From contig NC_000917.1 in NCBI RefSeq assembly GCF_000008665.1, forward strand, positions 690,001-722,000: a stretch of DNA of 32,000 nucleotides, given 5' to 3'. Positions within the stretch are counted from its first letter, which is position 1. Each line of letters starts with the position of its first letter. The position numbers and the translations under genes were made by a program. The notes beneath the pieces were generated by a model, which was not told the origin of the DNA, did no database searches, and worked only from the letters and a program-made list of their open reading frames with translations. Below are positions 1-8,959 of the stretch, piece by piece. This DNA is from Archaeoglobus fulgidus DSM 4304 (GTDB lineage Archaea; Halobacteriota; Archaeoglobi; Archaeoglobales; Archaeoglobaceae).

Positions 1-360
1 TTGGCTACTGGATTTACATATCTCTCGGGTTTCTTCTTAAAAGACTTAAAAGACATTTCTGCCGATATAAAATCTGGTTACAGAACATTAGCCGTAGTTC
101 TTTCACCCAGCACTTTATTGATAATATCGGTGATGTTGTTTATTGCCTCAACTTTTGTCGTAATTTTTTCATCATTGTTAGATGTGACTCCTACCAGTTC
201 CTTGCTAGTTCTCACAGTATATCCCCCCATTTTGTTCGCAATCTACAAATTTCATAAAGAAAAATGGAAAATAACTAAAAATATTATTTCTTCTTTAAAA
301 ATTTACACTTACTCTTATCTAGGTTTTTTAATTGCCTTTGCTATAGGTTGTAAACTGTAA
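1..360 (+). CDS. UbiA-family prenyltransferase, C-terminal part (5' end outside window)
   Basis: Open from window start; KDLKDISADIKSGYRTLAV resembles the second Asp-rich motif (DxxD...G.xTL) of UbiA enzymes, followed by hydrophobic segments. Confidence 0.75.
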   Translation: MATGFTYLSGFFLKDLKDISADIKSGYRTLAVVLSPSTLLIISVMLFIASTFVVIFSSLLDVTPTSSLLVLTVYPPILFAIYKFHKEKWKITKNIISSLKIYTYSYLGFLIAFAIGCKL

Positions 361-387
361 TAATTAAGCAAAAAAAAACGTGGAGTA

Positions 388-1604
388 CTATAAATTAAGA
401 AACACTGTCGACAACGTTGTGTTTAAACAAATTTTTTCTTCTACTTCACTCATTGATCTCTTCTGCATTTTACCTGTGTACGACGGGAAAGACACTAAAA
501 CGCCGTATACATCTTTTCCCCGAAAAACATTTACAATCCAATCCTCGAACATTAACATAATATTCTGGTCAACGAAAATAAAGTCAAACTTTTCTGAGTT
601 TATTACTAATTTTATTCTATCCAACCCACCTTTCAGCTGCTCTCCTAAAAATAATCCCTCGTCATAAAATATATCTAAAGTAAAAAAGGAAGGATAAAAT
701 TTTAAATTATAATCCATCAATCCTAAACATGTAGAACCATTAGTTTCTTTGCTGATTAAAGCTAAAATGTAAGGTGACGCTCCGAATATGCCCTCTCTGT
801 TAACATCGTTTTCCAAATCACCTCTCATTCTTAAATTATGAGACCTTAAGAATTCTCTTATACTCATATTATTTATTTTTGCTATGGACAAATTTCCTTT
901 GCTTATGGCAACATCTTCAATGAACTGGAATTCTTTCTTTAAAATTTTCTTAGTTTCTTCAACATCAGTTCCTCTTTCAGGTAAGAAGTCATCATATTTT
1001 GTGCCAAAATTTTTATCAATAGTTAGAAGAATTACACTCCTCCCAATATTAGAACCATTTATTGCTATCTTTGGTTTACCAATACCAAAATTTAGAGGGA
1101 AGAGATTAAGCGAAACAGCGTTTGCTTTTTCATCTCTGAATGGACGCAAAAGCGTATTTATAGGATATATCGCTTCTTTAAATATTCTAGATGCCTCCTC
1201 AACGTTTCTTGCCATTTTAAGTCTTAAAAAGCTACTTAAAAAAGAATATCTACTATCAACATAAAACAGCGGATAGACCAGCAAATTGAACCTCCCCTTC
1301 TCAGCGCTTCTCAACTGCTCGACCACCTCGTCTGGATTACCCCTGAAAACGTTCAGAGTGTAGTCGATGTCGGCAAACATGCACAGGCATCCGCGAGTCC
1401 ACACGCCATCGGGAGTTATAAACCCTTCAACAGGCACCAGAGCGTGTCAAAATCGAATTTGAACACCTTTGCATCTTTCTGCAGATGCTCGGTGAGGTAA
1501 ACTATCGCGAGATTTGGCCTGAAGTCCAAATTCTCCGCTTTGGACCTGATTTCATCAAACGCCTTTTTGGGGTCATTTTTCAGACTGTATGCGAACTCAA
1601 TCAT
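388..1604 (-). pseudogene. FIST-like sensory protein, apparently split into two frames (1416..1604 N-terminal part; 388..1437 remainder)
   Basis: The 62-aa ORF ([40 protein letters not shown]...) and the 349-aa ORF beginning (V)PVEGFITPDGVWTRGCLCMF read as one FIST-N-like domain if a -1 shift occurs near 1437. Family call by pattern only. Confidence 0.5.
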
Positions 1605-1929
1605 AGACTCGCAGCGACTCGGTGTCTATTCTCACCTTATAAAGCGAGGCAGCGTCGGAAATTCCTACAACAAGGAGCATCGACCTCGAAATCGGCCTTA
1701 TGAGGATTCCCTCCTTCCCCAATCTGAACTCAACGCTGTTCAGGTTCTCCTCAAGCACCTGCCTCGCTACCACCTCAACCTCCTTTTCAGCCCATTCAAG
1801 GGTTGGTATCCACTCCCTGCTTTTTATGTGGCTGGCAAGAACCGTGCCGTCTATACTGTAAACTACCGCAAAGAGAACGGATTCGTCAGTTCTGAAGGGC
1901 TCTATGAGCTCAAGCAAGTCCGCCCTCAT
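1597..1929 (-). CDS. Roadblock/LC7-domain protein
   Basis: 110 aa; [18 protein letters not shown]...[30 protein letters not shown] has the Roadblock/LC7 pattern; start overlaps the stop of the upstream KaiC-like gene by 4 nt. Confidence 0.7.
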
Positions 1930-2687
1930 GGTATTCTCCGCTTTATTTTGCTAATATCCTCTAAGGTGAGAGTGCCCTTTTTACACATCTCTGCGATTTT
2001 TTCCTTGGCCCTTTCGGGCAGGTTCATCTCCTCCTCTAATTCAAACCCTTCTCCCCTCTTTTCGTCAATAACTATCCCAGCACCCTCAATAATGTAGAAG
2101 GGATAAACCCCATCTCCGTGCCAGGACATTCTATGCTTTAGAACTCTCAGCGTCCTGCTGAAAGGACCGCCGTAACCGGTGTATCTGAGGCTTATAACGC
2201 TATCAGCCAAAAGCAACAGCAAATCGGCATTCTGTCTTAAAGGCTCCTCCACAGTAATCAGGGCCGTCCCCTTCGACTTGAGATTTTTAAGCAACCAGCC
2301 TATCTCCTTTCTGCTTCCGGCTTCAACGTCAATGACTAGAGGAGATAATGCGTCCACGGCAACTCTGTCGTATTCAAAAGCCATTTTTATGAACGATGCT
2401 GCGTCTTCCGCCACAACCGTCATTATGTTCAGCTGCCCGTTGTCAATGTACTTGGAAAAGTCCCAATGCATTGATTCGGCAAGCCTCAGAAACTCGTCAA
2501 CATCGAGGTCTGGTGAAGCGTACATACATTTTTCACCGTTTTCAAGGCCTTCAAGAAGGTAGTTCATGCAGAAAATGGTCTTACCACACCCCATGCCGCC
2601 TACGACTGCATTGACTGTGTTTTTAATGAACCCCCCACCGAGGATTTCATCAAGCCCGATGACGCCCGACTTAATTCTTTCCAGCAT
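1926..2687 (-). CDS. KaiC/RecA-superfamily ATPase
   Basis: [14 protein letters not shown] and Walker A GGMGCGKT; Walker B-like RVAVDAL; good codon bias; TATA-like element (atatatttatac) upstream on the minus strand. Confidence 0.88.
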
Positions 2688-2822
2688 TAATTGAAGTTAG
2701 TTTAAGAAGTATAAATATATTTTCAAGCCTTTGCAACCTTTTTCATCATTAGCAGGTAGCAAGCTTTGGAGGGCTTTTAAACATTTAAACAACTTTAAAA
2801 ACAGCCTGGGTTTTCGTTCGGT

Positions 2823-3794
2823 ATGGACATCACGGAGAAACTGAGGCTGATCACGAGAAATGCCGAGGAAGTTGTGACGGAGGAGGAGCTAAGGCAGCTA
2901 ATTGAAACCAAGGAGAAGCCGAGGGCTTACGTTGGATACGAGCCAAGCGGTGAAATACACCTCGGTCACATGATGACCGTCCAGAAGCTAATGGACCTGC
3001 AGGAGGCCGGGTTTGAAATTATCGTTCTTCTTGCGGACATTCACGCTTACCTCAACGAGAAGGGCACGTTTGAGGAGATTGCCGAAGTTGCGGACTACAA
3101 CAAGAAGGTCTTCATCGCTCTCGGCCTGGATGAGAGCAGGGCCAAGTTCGTTCTCGGAAGTGAGTATCAGCTGAGCAGAGATTACGTCCTTGACGTTCTT
3201 AAGATGGCGAGGATAACCACTCTCAACAGGGCGAGGAGAAGCATGGATGAGGTGAGCAGAAGGAAGGAGGACCCAATGGTTTCTCAGATGATTTACCCGC
3301 TCATGCAGGCCCTCGACATCGCCCACCTTGGAGTTGATTTAGCTGTAGGAGGAATAGACCAGAGAAAAATCCACATGCTTGCGAGGGAGAACCTCCCCAG
3401 GCTGGGCTACAGTTCTCCCGTCTGCCTTCACACGCCAATTCTCGTCGGCCTCGACGGTCAGAAGATGAGCAGCTCGAAGGGGAACTACATCTCCGTCAGA
3501 GACCCGCCTGAGGAGGTGGAGAGGAAGATCAGGAAGGCCTACTGCCCTGCCGGAGTTGTTGAGGAGAACCCGATTCTCGATATTGCCAAATACCACATTC
3601 TGCCCAGATTCGGAAAAATTGTCGTGGAGAGGGATGCGAAATTCGGAGGGGATGTGGAGTACGCTTCCTTCGAGGAGCTCGCTGAGGACTTCAAATCGGG
3701 CCAGCTTCACCCCCTCGACCTAAAGATTGCGGTGGCAAAATATTTAAACATGCTTCTTGAAGATGCAAGAAAAAGGTTAGGGGTGTCTGTCTGA
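2823..3794 (+). CDS. tyrS: Tyrosyl-tRNA synthetase
   Basis: 323 aa archaeal TyrRS: [18 protein letters not shown] (HIGH motif), [27 protein letters not shown] (KMSKS). Confidence 0.97.
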   Translation: MDITEKLRLITRNAEEVVTEEELRQLIETKEKPRAYVGYEPSGEIHLGHMMTVQKLMDLQEAGFEIIVLLADIHAYLNEKGTFEEIAEVADYNKKVFIALGLDESRAKFVLGSEYQLSRDYVLDVLKMARITTLNRARRSMDEVSRRKEDPMVSQMIYPLMQALDIAHLGVDLAVGGIDQRKIHMLARENLPRLGYSSPVCLHTPILVGLDGQKMSSSKGNYISVRDPPEEVERKIRKAYCPAGVVEENPILDIAKYHILPRFGKIVVERDAKFGGDVEYASFEELAEDFKSGQLHPLDLKIAVAKYLNMLLEDARKRLGVSV

Positions 3795-4084
3795 GCAGCG
3801 AGGATGACGTAATTAGGGTGAGGTTACCGGACAGGAAGAAGGGGGAGCTTTTCGGAGTGGTAACCTCGATGCTCGGTGCAGGGCATATTAAGGTCAGGTG
3901 CGAGGACGGAGTTGAGAGGCTCGCAAGAATTCCGGGGAAAATGAGAAAGAAAATATGGATTAGAGAGGGTGATGTGGTAATCGTTGTTCCCTGGTCGTTC
4001 CAGAAGGACAGGGCGGACATTGTATGGAGATACACGAATCCTCAGGTTGAGTGGCTGGAGAGAAAGGGATATCTGAAGTTCTGA
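3791..4084 (+). CDS. Translation initiation factor 1A (eIF1A); start may be CTG 3791 (provided ORF begins at GTG 3818)
   Basis: GELFGVV...[47 protein letters not shown] is diagnostic; [13 protein letters not shown] upstream of GTG 3818 looks like native N-terminus. Confidence 0.9.
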   Translation: MSSEDDVIRVRLPDRKKGELFGVVTSMLGAGHIKVRCEDGVERLARIPGKMRKKIWIREGDVVIVVPWSFQKDRADIVWRYTNPQVEWLERKGYLKF

Positions 4085-4085
4085 A

Positions 4086-5006
4086 ATGGAGATTATAGAG
4101 ATTCTCAAATCTTTGGAGCCGAAAAAGGCTCTGACGTTTGGCATTGGCGGTGGAGGGGACATTGTAAGCACGATTCCCGTTGCAAACTTTCTCGGCCACT
4201 TCGGATTTGAGACGCTACACGGAAGCGTGGTCTGGGACAGGATCGTCGTCGATCCGAAGCCTGGGCCGAGGCCTCTGGAAGAGCTTGTTGGCATCGAAAG
4301 AATTAACGAGACGGTTGGAATTGCAAACGAGAGTACCAAAACTGCTGATGGAGTAATTCCGAACATCGCAAAGGCTGCCAAGCACTTTGGCAAAGTCGTC
4401 GCTCTTGACCTCACAAAGAATGTAGGGAAGCTTGCTGAGGGGATCAGAGATTTTGCTGAAAAAGAGGGCATCTCACTCATTGTTGGAGTTGACGCTGGGG
4501 GAGATGCAATCTCCGTCGGTTTTGAGTCGGGAGTGAGGAGTCCGCTTGCAGATGCAATCTGCGTTGCTGCCTTAAAGAAAGTTGGCGGGATTGTTGCCGT
4601 AACAGGTTTCGGGAGCGATGGAGAGCTGAGAGTTGAGGAGCTGCTGCTCAACATCTCCGACATCATCAAAAAAGGCGGTTTTCTGGGATGCTGCTCGATG
4701 AGCAGAAGGGATTACGAGTTGATGAGGAATGCTGTGAAAGACGTAACCACCGAGGCGAGCATGATTCCCCTCATGGCCTTCGAGGGTGAAATGGGGCTGA
4801 AGAAGCTCAGAAAGGGGAGAAGCGCTCTCGTTACACCACTCTCAACGCTGATATTCTACTTCAGGGCGGAAGCCGTTTTTGAAATAAATCACGCTGCAAA
4901 AATAGTGGAGAGGGCGGAAACCTTTGAGGAGGCAAACTCCCTCCTTCACGCTGAAGGCATCCTGACCGAATACGACTTTGAGAGGGCCGTTGCAGGAAAG
5001 CTTTAG
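4086..5006 (+). CDS. DUF1152-family protein
   Basis: 306 aa; ALTFGIGGGGDIVSTIPVA, LIVGVDAGGDAI; immediately follows eIF1A. Confidence 0.8.
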   Translation: MEIIEILKSLEPKKALTFGIGGGGDIVSTIPVANFLGHFGFETLHGSVVWDRIVVDPKPGPRPLEELVGIERINETVGIANESTKTADGVIPNIAKAAKHFGKVVALDLTKNVGKLAEGIRDFAEKEGISLIVGVDAGGDAISVGFESGVRSPLADAICVAALKKVGGIVAVTGFGSDGELRVEELLLNISDIIKKGGFLGCCSMSRRDYELMRNAVKDVTTEASMIPLMAFEGEMGLKKLRKGRSALVTPLSTLIFYFRAEAVFEINHAAKIVERAETFEEANSLLHAEGILTEYDFERAVAGKL

Positions 5007-5689
5007 TCCTCCAGCAGCTCGGTTAGGTCTATCTCCTCCTCCTCAAAGCTTATCTCTTCCTCTTCAACCTCAAACTCCTCTTCCTCTATCTCCTCTTCTT
5101 CCTCCTCCTCAACCCCAATCTCGCCGTAGTCCTCCATAACTCTCGCTATTGCCTCCCTTACGGCGTTCTTGTACTCTTCGAGGTTTGTGTTGTAAACCTC
5201 CATGGCGAGTCTTGCGGTCTCCTTTTCCCCCTTCTCCATCTCCTTTATCCTTTCGAGCGTCTGAATTGCCGTCTCCATCACCCAATAGTCCCTCGACTCC
5301 GGATCGGCGATGCTTATCGTTTCGGGGCGTAAAGTAACGAATTTTCCCGTCTCACCCTCAAAAACCCTCACCTTGGCGGTAAGAGCTACGAGAGTTAGAG
5401 TGTCTATGTCCTCCAGCGCTTCATACGCTTCGGGCTGATACCTTCCGACGTAGCCTACAAAAGAGCCGGTCTGGTCAACAACGCGAATTCTGTAAATGCT
5501 TCCGTCCTCTCCCCTCCCCCCCTTTTCTGTGAGAACTCCGATTATAAAAACTCTGTTGCATTTCAATCCGAGAGGTGTGAGGACGTAAACTGGACTTTTC
5601 TCCGACTCATCCTTTAAGGTGTAGGTTGAGTTCATGAGCTCCTTCGCAAAAACCCTTCTCGCAACCTCTCTTTTAAGAAAAGCCGTCAT
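5003..5689 (-). CDS. RPA-associated OB-fold protein (haloarchaeal rpap3-like partner)
   Basis: 228 aa; VARRVFAKELMNSTY...RVVDQTGSFVGYVGRYQPEA; directly downstream of RPA with TAATG stop/start overlap. Confidence 0.75.
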   Translation of the reverse strand: MTAFLKREVARRVFAKELMNSTYTLKDESEKSPVYVLTPLGLKCNRVFIIGVLTEKGGRGEDGSIYRIRVVDQTGSFVGYVGRYQPEAYEALEDIDTLTLVALTAKVRVFEGETGKFVTLRPETISIADPESRDYWVMETAIQTLERIKEMEKGEKETARLAMEVYNTNLEEYKNAVREAIARVMEDYGEIGVEEEEEEEIEEEEFEVEEEEISFEEEEIDLTELLED

Positions 5690-6627
5690 TATACCTCCTC
5701 CAGAAGGGCTTTAACCTTCTCAATCTCCTTTCTGATATCTGGTCTGAAGAACTCAACATGCTTGGCTATCAGGTATCTCGGCGTTGCGGTGCCAACAACC
5801 CTCAGGTACTTTCCGAGAAGCATTTTCTTAAGTTCTGTCAGAACCGCACCTCTATCCAAAGTTTCCTCGGCTATTTTCTTTGCCTTCTCAAGGTTAATTC
5901 CGGTCAGAGATTCCACACCCTCCTCGTTTATGATAACCTCGTAGGTTCTGTATCCGTCGTCAAGCACTCCTTTAATCCTCAAATCGTCTTTCGCCTTCGT
6001 TTTTCCGTGTTCCGGACACTTCCCCATCTTTATCACTCTGTTGCAGCCCTCAACGCTGCAGCGCTGAATGAGTCCGCTGTTCTGCTGAATCGCTACAAGC
6101 GCCCCAACGACCTCCACGTCCTCGCTCAGCTCTTCCGGCGGTTTGACCTTCACATCCTCCTCAATCTCCTCTATCTCGCTTATTTTCGTTACGTTAAGCC
6201 TTAAAACTCCCCCGTAGTCGTCAACAACAACGTTCCTGAATATGTAGCTTTTACCCTCATCAACTGGCTGCTTCTTGGCCTTCGTCCACACGAGAAACCT
6301 GATGTAGCCGGTTTCATCACCAATCAACCCCACCTGGGCTATTGAGGGGCTGCTGCTCTCCCAAAGCTGAATGACCTTGGCCTTCACCGTAACCCATTTG
6401 TTCGGCTCCTTTATTTCCTCAATTTTTGTAATCCTCTCCCTCCTTACCGTTGCAGGTGCTCCGTACTCCCTGATGATGTAATTTCTGATGGTTCTAACAG
6501 CTTCATTTTCCGGAACTCTGAACTCGATAAGAAGTTTTCTGAGCTTCTCAACAATCTCCTTTCTGTCAACTCCATAATCCTTGTAATCTTCAAAAATCTG
6601 GTTGGCTAAACTCTCAACTCTGTCCAT
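5689..6627 (-). CDS. Replication protein A (ssDNA-binding, OB folds and zinc finger)
   Basis: VTVKAKVIQLW...IGLIGDETGYIRFLVWTK OB-fold pattern and CSVEGCNRVIKMGKCPEHG zinc finger. Start is inside the 5689..6627 ORF. Confidence 0.88.
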   Translation of the reverse strand: MDRVESLANQIFEDYKDYGVDRKEIVEKLRKLLIEFRVPENEAVRTIRNYIIREYGAPATVRRERITKIEEIKEPNKWVTVKAKVIQLWESSSPSIAQVGLIGDETGYIRFLVWTKAKKQPVDEGKSYIFRNVVVDDYGGVLRLNVTKISEIEEIEEDVKVKPPEELSEDVEVVGALVAIQQNSGLIQRCSVEGCNRVIKMGKCPEHGKTKAKDDLRIKGVLDDGYRTYEVIINEEGVESLTGINLEKAKKIAEETLDRGAVLTELKKMLLGKYLRVVGTATPRYLIAKHVEFFRPDIRKEIEKVKALLEEV

Positions 6628-6706
6628 TCAATCACCATTTAACCATTAATCAGGCGGATAAAAGGTTTTTCCGAAAAATTGATAGCCTGCATAATGAGTT
6701 TTTTTA

Positions 6707-7636
6707 ATGGCAGAAGTTCTTGAGCCAAGCAGAGAGGGAATTCGGAAGGCTGTTGCGGTTTTGAGAGCAGGAGGAATCGTTGCCTTCCCGACTGAAACCG
6801 TTTACGGGATGGGATGCGACGCAACCAATGAAGAGGCTTTGAGAAGGCTTTACGAGATTAAGGGGAGGAGCCTGAATAAGCCCTTCATCGTAGGCGTTTG
6901 GAGCAGGGATTATGTGGGCAAGATTGCCGAAGTTGATGAAAGAGCGGAAAAGCTCATGGAAGCCTTTTTCCCCGGTCCCCTAACCCTCGTTTTGAAAAGC
7001 AAGGGTGTTATGCCCTCGCTGCTTTCTCCAAAGGGAAAGATAGCCGTGAGGATGCCCGCGCACGAGGTTCCTCTACAGCTTATGGAGATGCTTAGGAAAC
7101 CCATTGTCGTTCCCTCTGCAAACCTCTCAGGAAGACCGAGCCTGATGAGGTGGGAGCACGTTGTTGAGGAGCTTGGAAGCAGAATAGATGCCGTCGTAAA
7201 GGGAGAATGCAAGGTGGGAGTTGAGTCGACGATAGTTGACTTGACCGAAACTCCTGCAAAGGTTCTGAGAGTTGGTGCGGTAAGCGTTGAGAGCATAAAG
7301 AAGCATGTTGAGGTCGTGGTTGAGCCGAGAAAAGAGACCTACAGCCTATCCTGCCAGGTTTACGTTTTCGTCGGTGAAAGAGCCTTGCAGAGAATAAAGG
7401 AGTTTGTTGATGAGGCAGAAAAGCGGGGTAGAGTTGTTGTAATTGCGAGGGAGAAAATTACGGATGAAACAATTGTGATCGGAAAATCGGCTGAGGAGTA
7501 TTCGGCGAACCTCTTCTCTGCGGTAAGAGAGGCCGAATCCAGACGTCCCGATATTATTGTCATCGAGGGCGTGGAGAACGAGGCAATCATGGACCGGCTT
7601 CGCAGGCTTGCGGGGGAGAGGGTTTTCAGAGTTTGA
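6707..7636 (+). CDS. Threonylcarbamoyl-AMP synthase, Sua5/YwlC/YrdC family with C-terminal Sua5 domain
   Basis: 309 aa; GGIVAFPTETVYGMGCDA, KGRSLNKPF, VPSANLSGRPS, STIVDLTETPAKVLRVGAVS. Confidence 0.94.
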   Translation: MAEVLEPSREGIRKAVAVLRAGGIVAFPTETVYGMGCDATNEEALRRLYEIKGRSLNKPFIVGVWSRDYVGKIAEVDERAEKLMEAFFPGPLTLVLKSKGVMPSLLSPKGKIAVRMPAHEVPLQLMEMLRKPIVVPSANLSGRPSLMRWEHVVEELGSRIDAVVKGECKVGVESTIVDLTETPAKVLRVGAVSVESIKKHVEVVVEPRKETYSLSCQVYVFVGERALQRIKEFVDEAEKRGRVVVIAREKITDETIVIGKSAEEYSANLFSAVREAESRRPDIIVIEGVENEAIMDRLRRLAGERVFRV

Positions 7637-7704
7637 TGATGAATGCCGAATGGTTTGGAAAAAATCTTTAAATACTTTAAATCAAAAATAGCTTCGGTGA
7701 AACC

Positions 7705-8073
7705 ATGGGGATTATAGACAAGATTCTCGGCAAATCCGAAAAACTGAACATTGATGAATATGAAGAGCTAGACCTCAGCGAGTATGAGGCTGAGATTAGT
7801 GAGGCTGCCGGAGTTTACATCAGGGTGGCCGAGGTTACAGGACTGAACGAAGTTCCTGAAATCAAAAGGGAGATTTACGACGGGAACATTGTTGTGGCGG
7901 ATATCGCCTTCATAAAGCACGATAAGCTCACTCTCGATAGAGTGCTAAAGGATTTGAGGCAACTCGCTGAAGACGTGAAGGGAGATATCGTCGGGCTTGG
8001 CGAGGATTACGTGATAATAACGCCTACGGGAATTAAGGTGGACAGAAACAAGATTAGGAGTTCCTCAAGATGA
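7705..8073 (+). CDS. sepF: Archaeal SepF-like cell division protein
   Basis: 122 aa; N-terminal MGIIDKILGK amphipathic-looking start, then YIRVAEVTGLNEVPEIKREIYDGNIVVADIAFI. Confidence 0.85.
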   Translation: MGIIDKILGKSEKLNIDEYEELDLSEYEAEISEAAGVYIRVAEVTGLNEVPEIKREIYDGNIVVADIAFIKHDKLTLDRVLKDLRQLAEDVKGDIVGLGEDYVIITPTGIKVDRNKIRSSSR

Positions 8074-8651
8074 TTCCCTGCCCGAGCTGCGGAAGGGAGC
8101 TGAGGGCGGTAGTATCAACCTACGACGTTCCGTTTTTCGGCAAGGTTCTTCTCACGTCGATTAGCTGTGAGTGCGGTTTCAGACACGCGGATTCCGTTGT
8201 TCTCGGAGAAAAGGACCCGGTGAGATACATCATAAAAATAAACAGGGAGAACCTCTTCACCAAGGTTATAAGGTCCACTTCAGGAACCATACGCATTCCC
8301 GAAATCGGGGTGGCAATTGAGCCCGGCCCGGCAAGCCAGGCCTTCATCACAAACCTCGAAGGCGTGCTGGACAGGGTGGAGGGTGTTGTTAGAACAGCCA
8401 TGCGCTGGAACTCCGATGACGAGGAGAAGGTGAGGAGGTGCGAGTGGATTCTCGAAAGAATCAGAAACACGATTGACGGAGACGAGGAGCTCACTCTCAT
8501 TCTTGAGGACCCCTTCGGTAACAGCCTAATCGTTTCGGACGAGGCTTTCAAGGAGATAATGTCCAAGGAGGAGGCTCAGAGGCTCAAAACCGGGATGACC
8601 ATAATCGATATAACCGGAATGAGCGAGGAGGAGCTGGAGGATTTAGTCTGA
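8070..8651 (+). CDS. ZPR1 zinc-finger domain protein
   Basis: 193 aa; CPSCGRELRAVVSTYDVPFFGKVLLTSISCECGFRHAD; ATGA overlap with sepF. Confidence 0.9.
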   Translation: MIPCPSCGRELRAVVSTYDVPFFGKVLLTSISCECGFRHADSVVLGEKDPVRYIIKINRENLFTKVIRSTSGTIRIPEIGVAIEPGPASQAFITNLEGVLDRVEGVVRTAMRWNSDDEEKVRRCEWILERIRNTIDGDEELTLILEDPFGNSLIVSDEAFKEIMSKEEAQRLKTGMTIIDITGMSEEELEDLV

Positions 8652-8891
8652 GTTTAACCTTTTTATCTCATCCAGCAGCTGCTGGTGCTTTTCCTTCAAA
8701 TCCTTTTCAAGCTCTTCATCGCTGATTTGCTTCACTCCGTAAATGTACTCAAGCTCGATCATTCTCATGGCCTTCTTGTACTCTCCGTAAAGCTTTCCGA
8801 GCTCTCTGGCGAAATCCGTTAGCTTTTCCGGGCCGAGCAGTATTATCGCTCCTATTATTATGATCGCCATCTCGCCCCATCCGAGCATCAA
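8643..8891 (-). CDS. tatA: Sec-independent protein translocase component TatA family
   Basis: 82 aa; LGWGEMAIIIIGAIILLGPEKLTDFARELGKLYGEYKKA, canonical TatA N-terminal helix and amphipathic helix. Confidence 0.88.
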   Translation of the reverse strand: MMLGWGEMAIIIIGAIILLGPEKLTDFARELGKLYGEYKKAMRMIELEYIYGVKQISDEELEKDLKEKHQQLLDEIKRLNSD

Positions 8892-8959
8892 TTTCTGTAG
8901 TCTGGGAACTATTAATAACTTTGCCTCTTGCTGTTGGAGAGAGCGCAGCGTCGTATATC

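Noticed and set aside
884-2614. Plus-strand ORFs 884..1264, 1540..2097, 2179..2562, 2396..2614
   Set aside because: Antisense to the FIST-like, Roadblock and KaiC-like genes; no motifs, atypical composition.
3824-4669. 281-aa minus-strand ORF
   Set aside because: Antisense to eIF1A and DUF1152 genes; Ser/Pro/Thr-rich shadow ORF with no motif.
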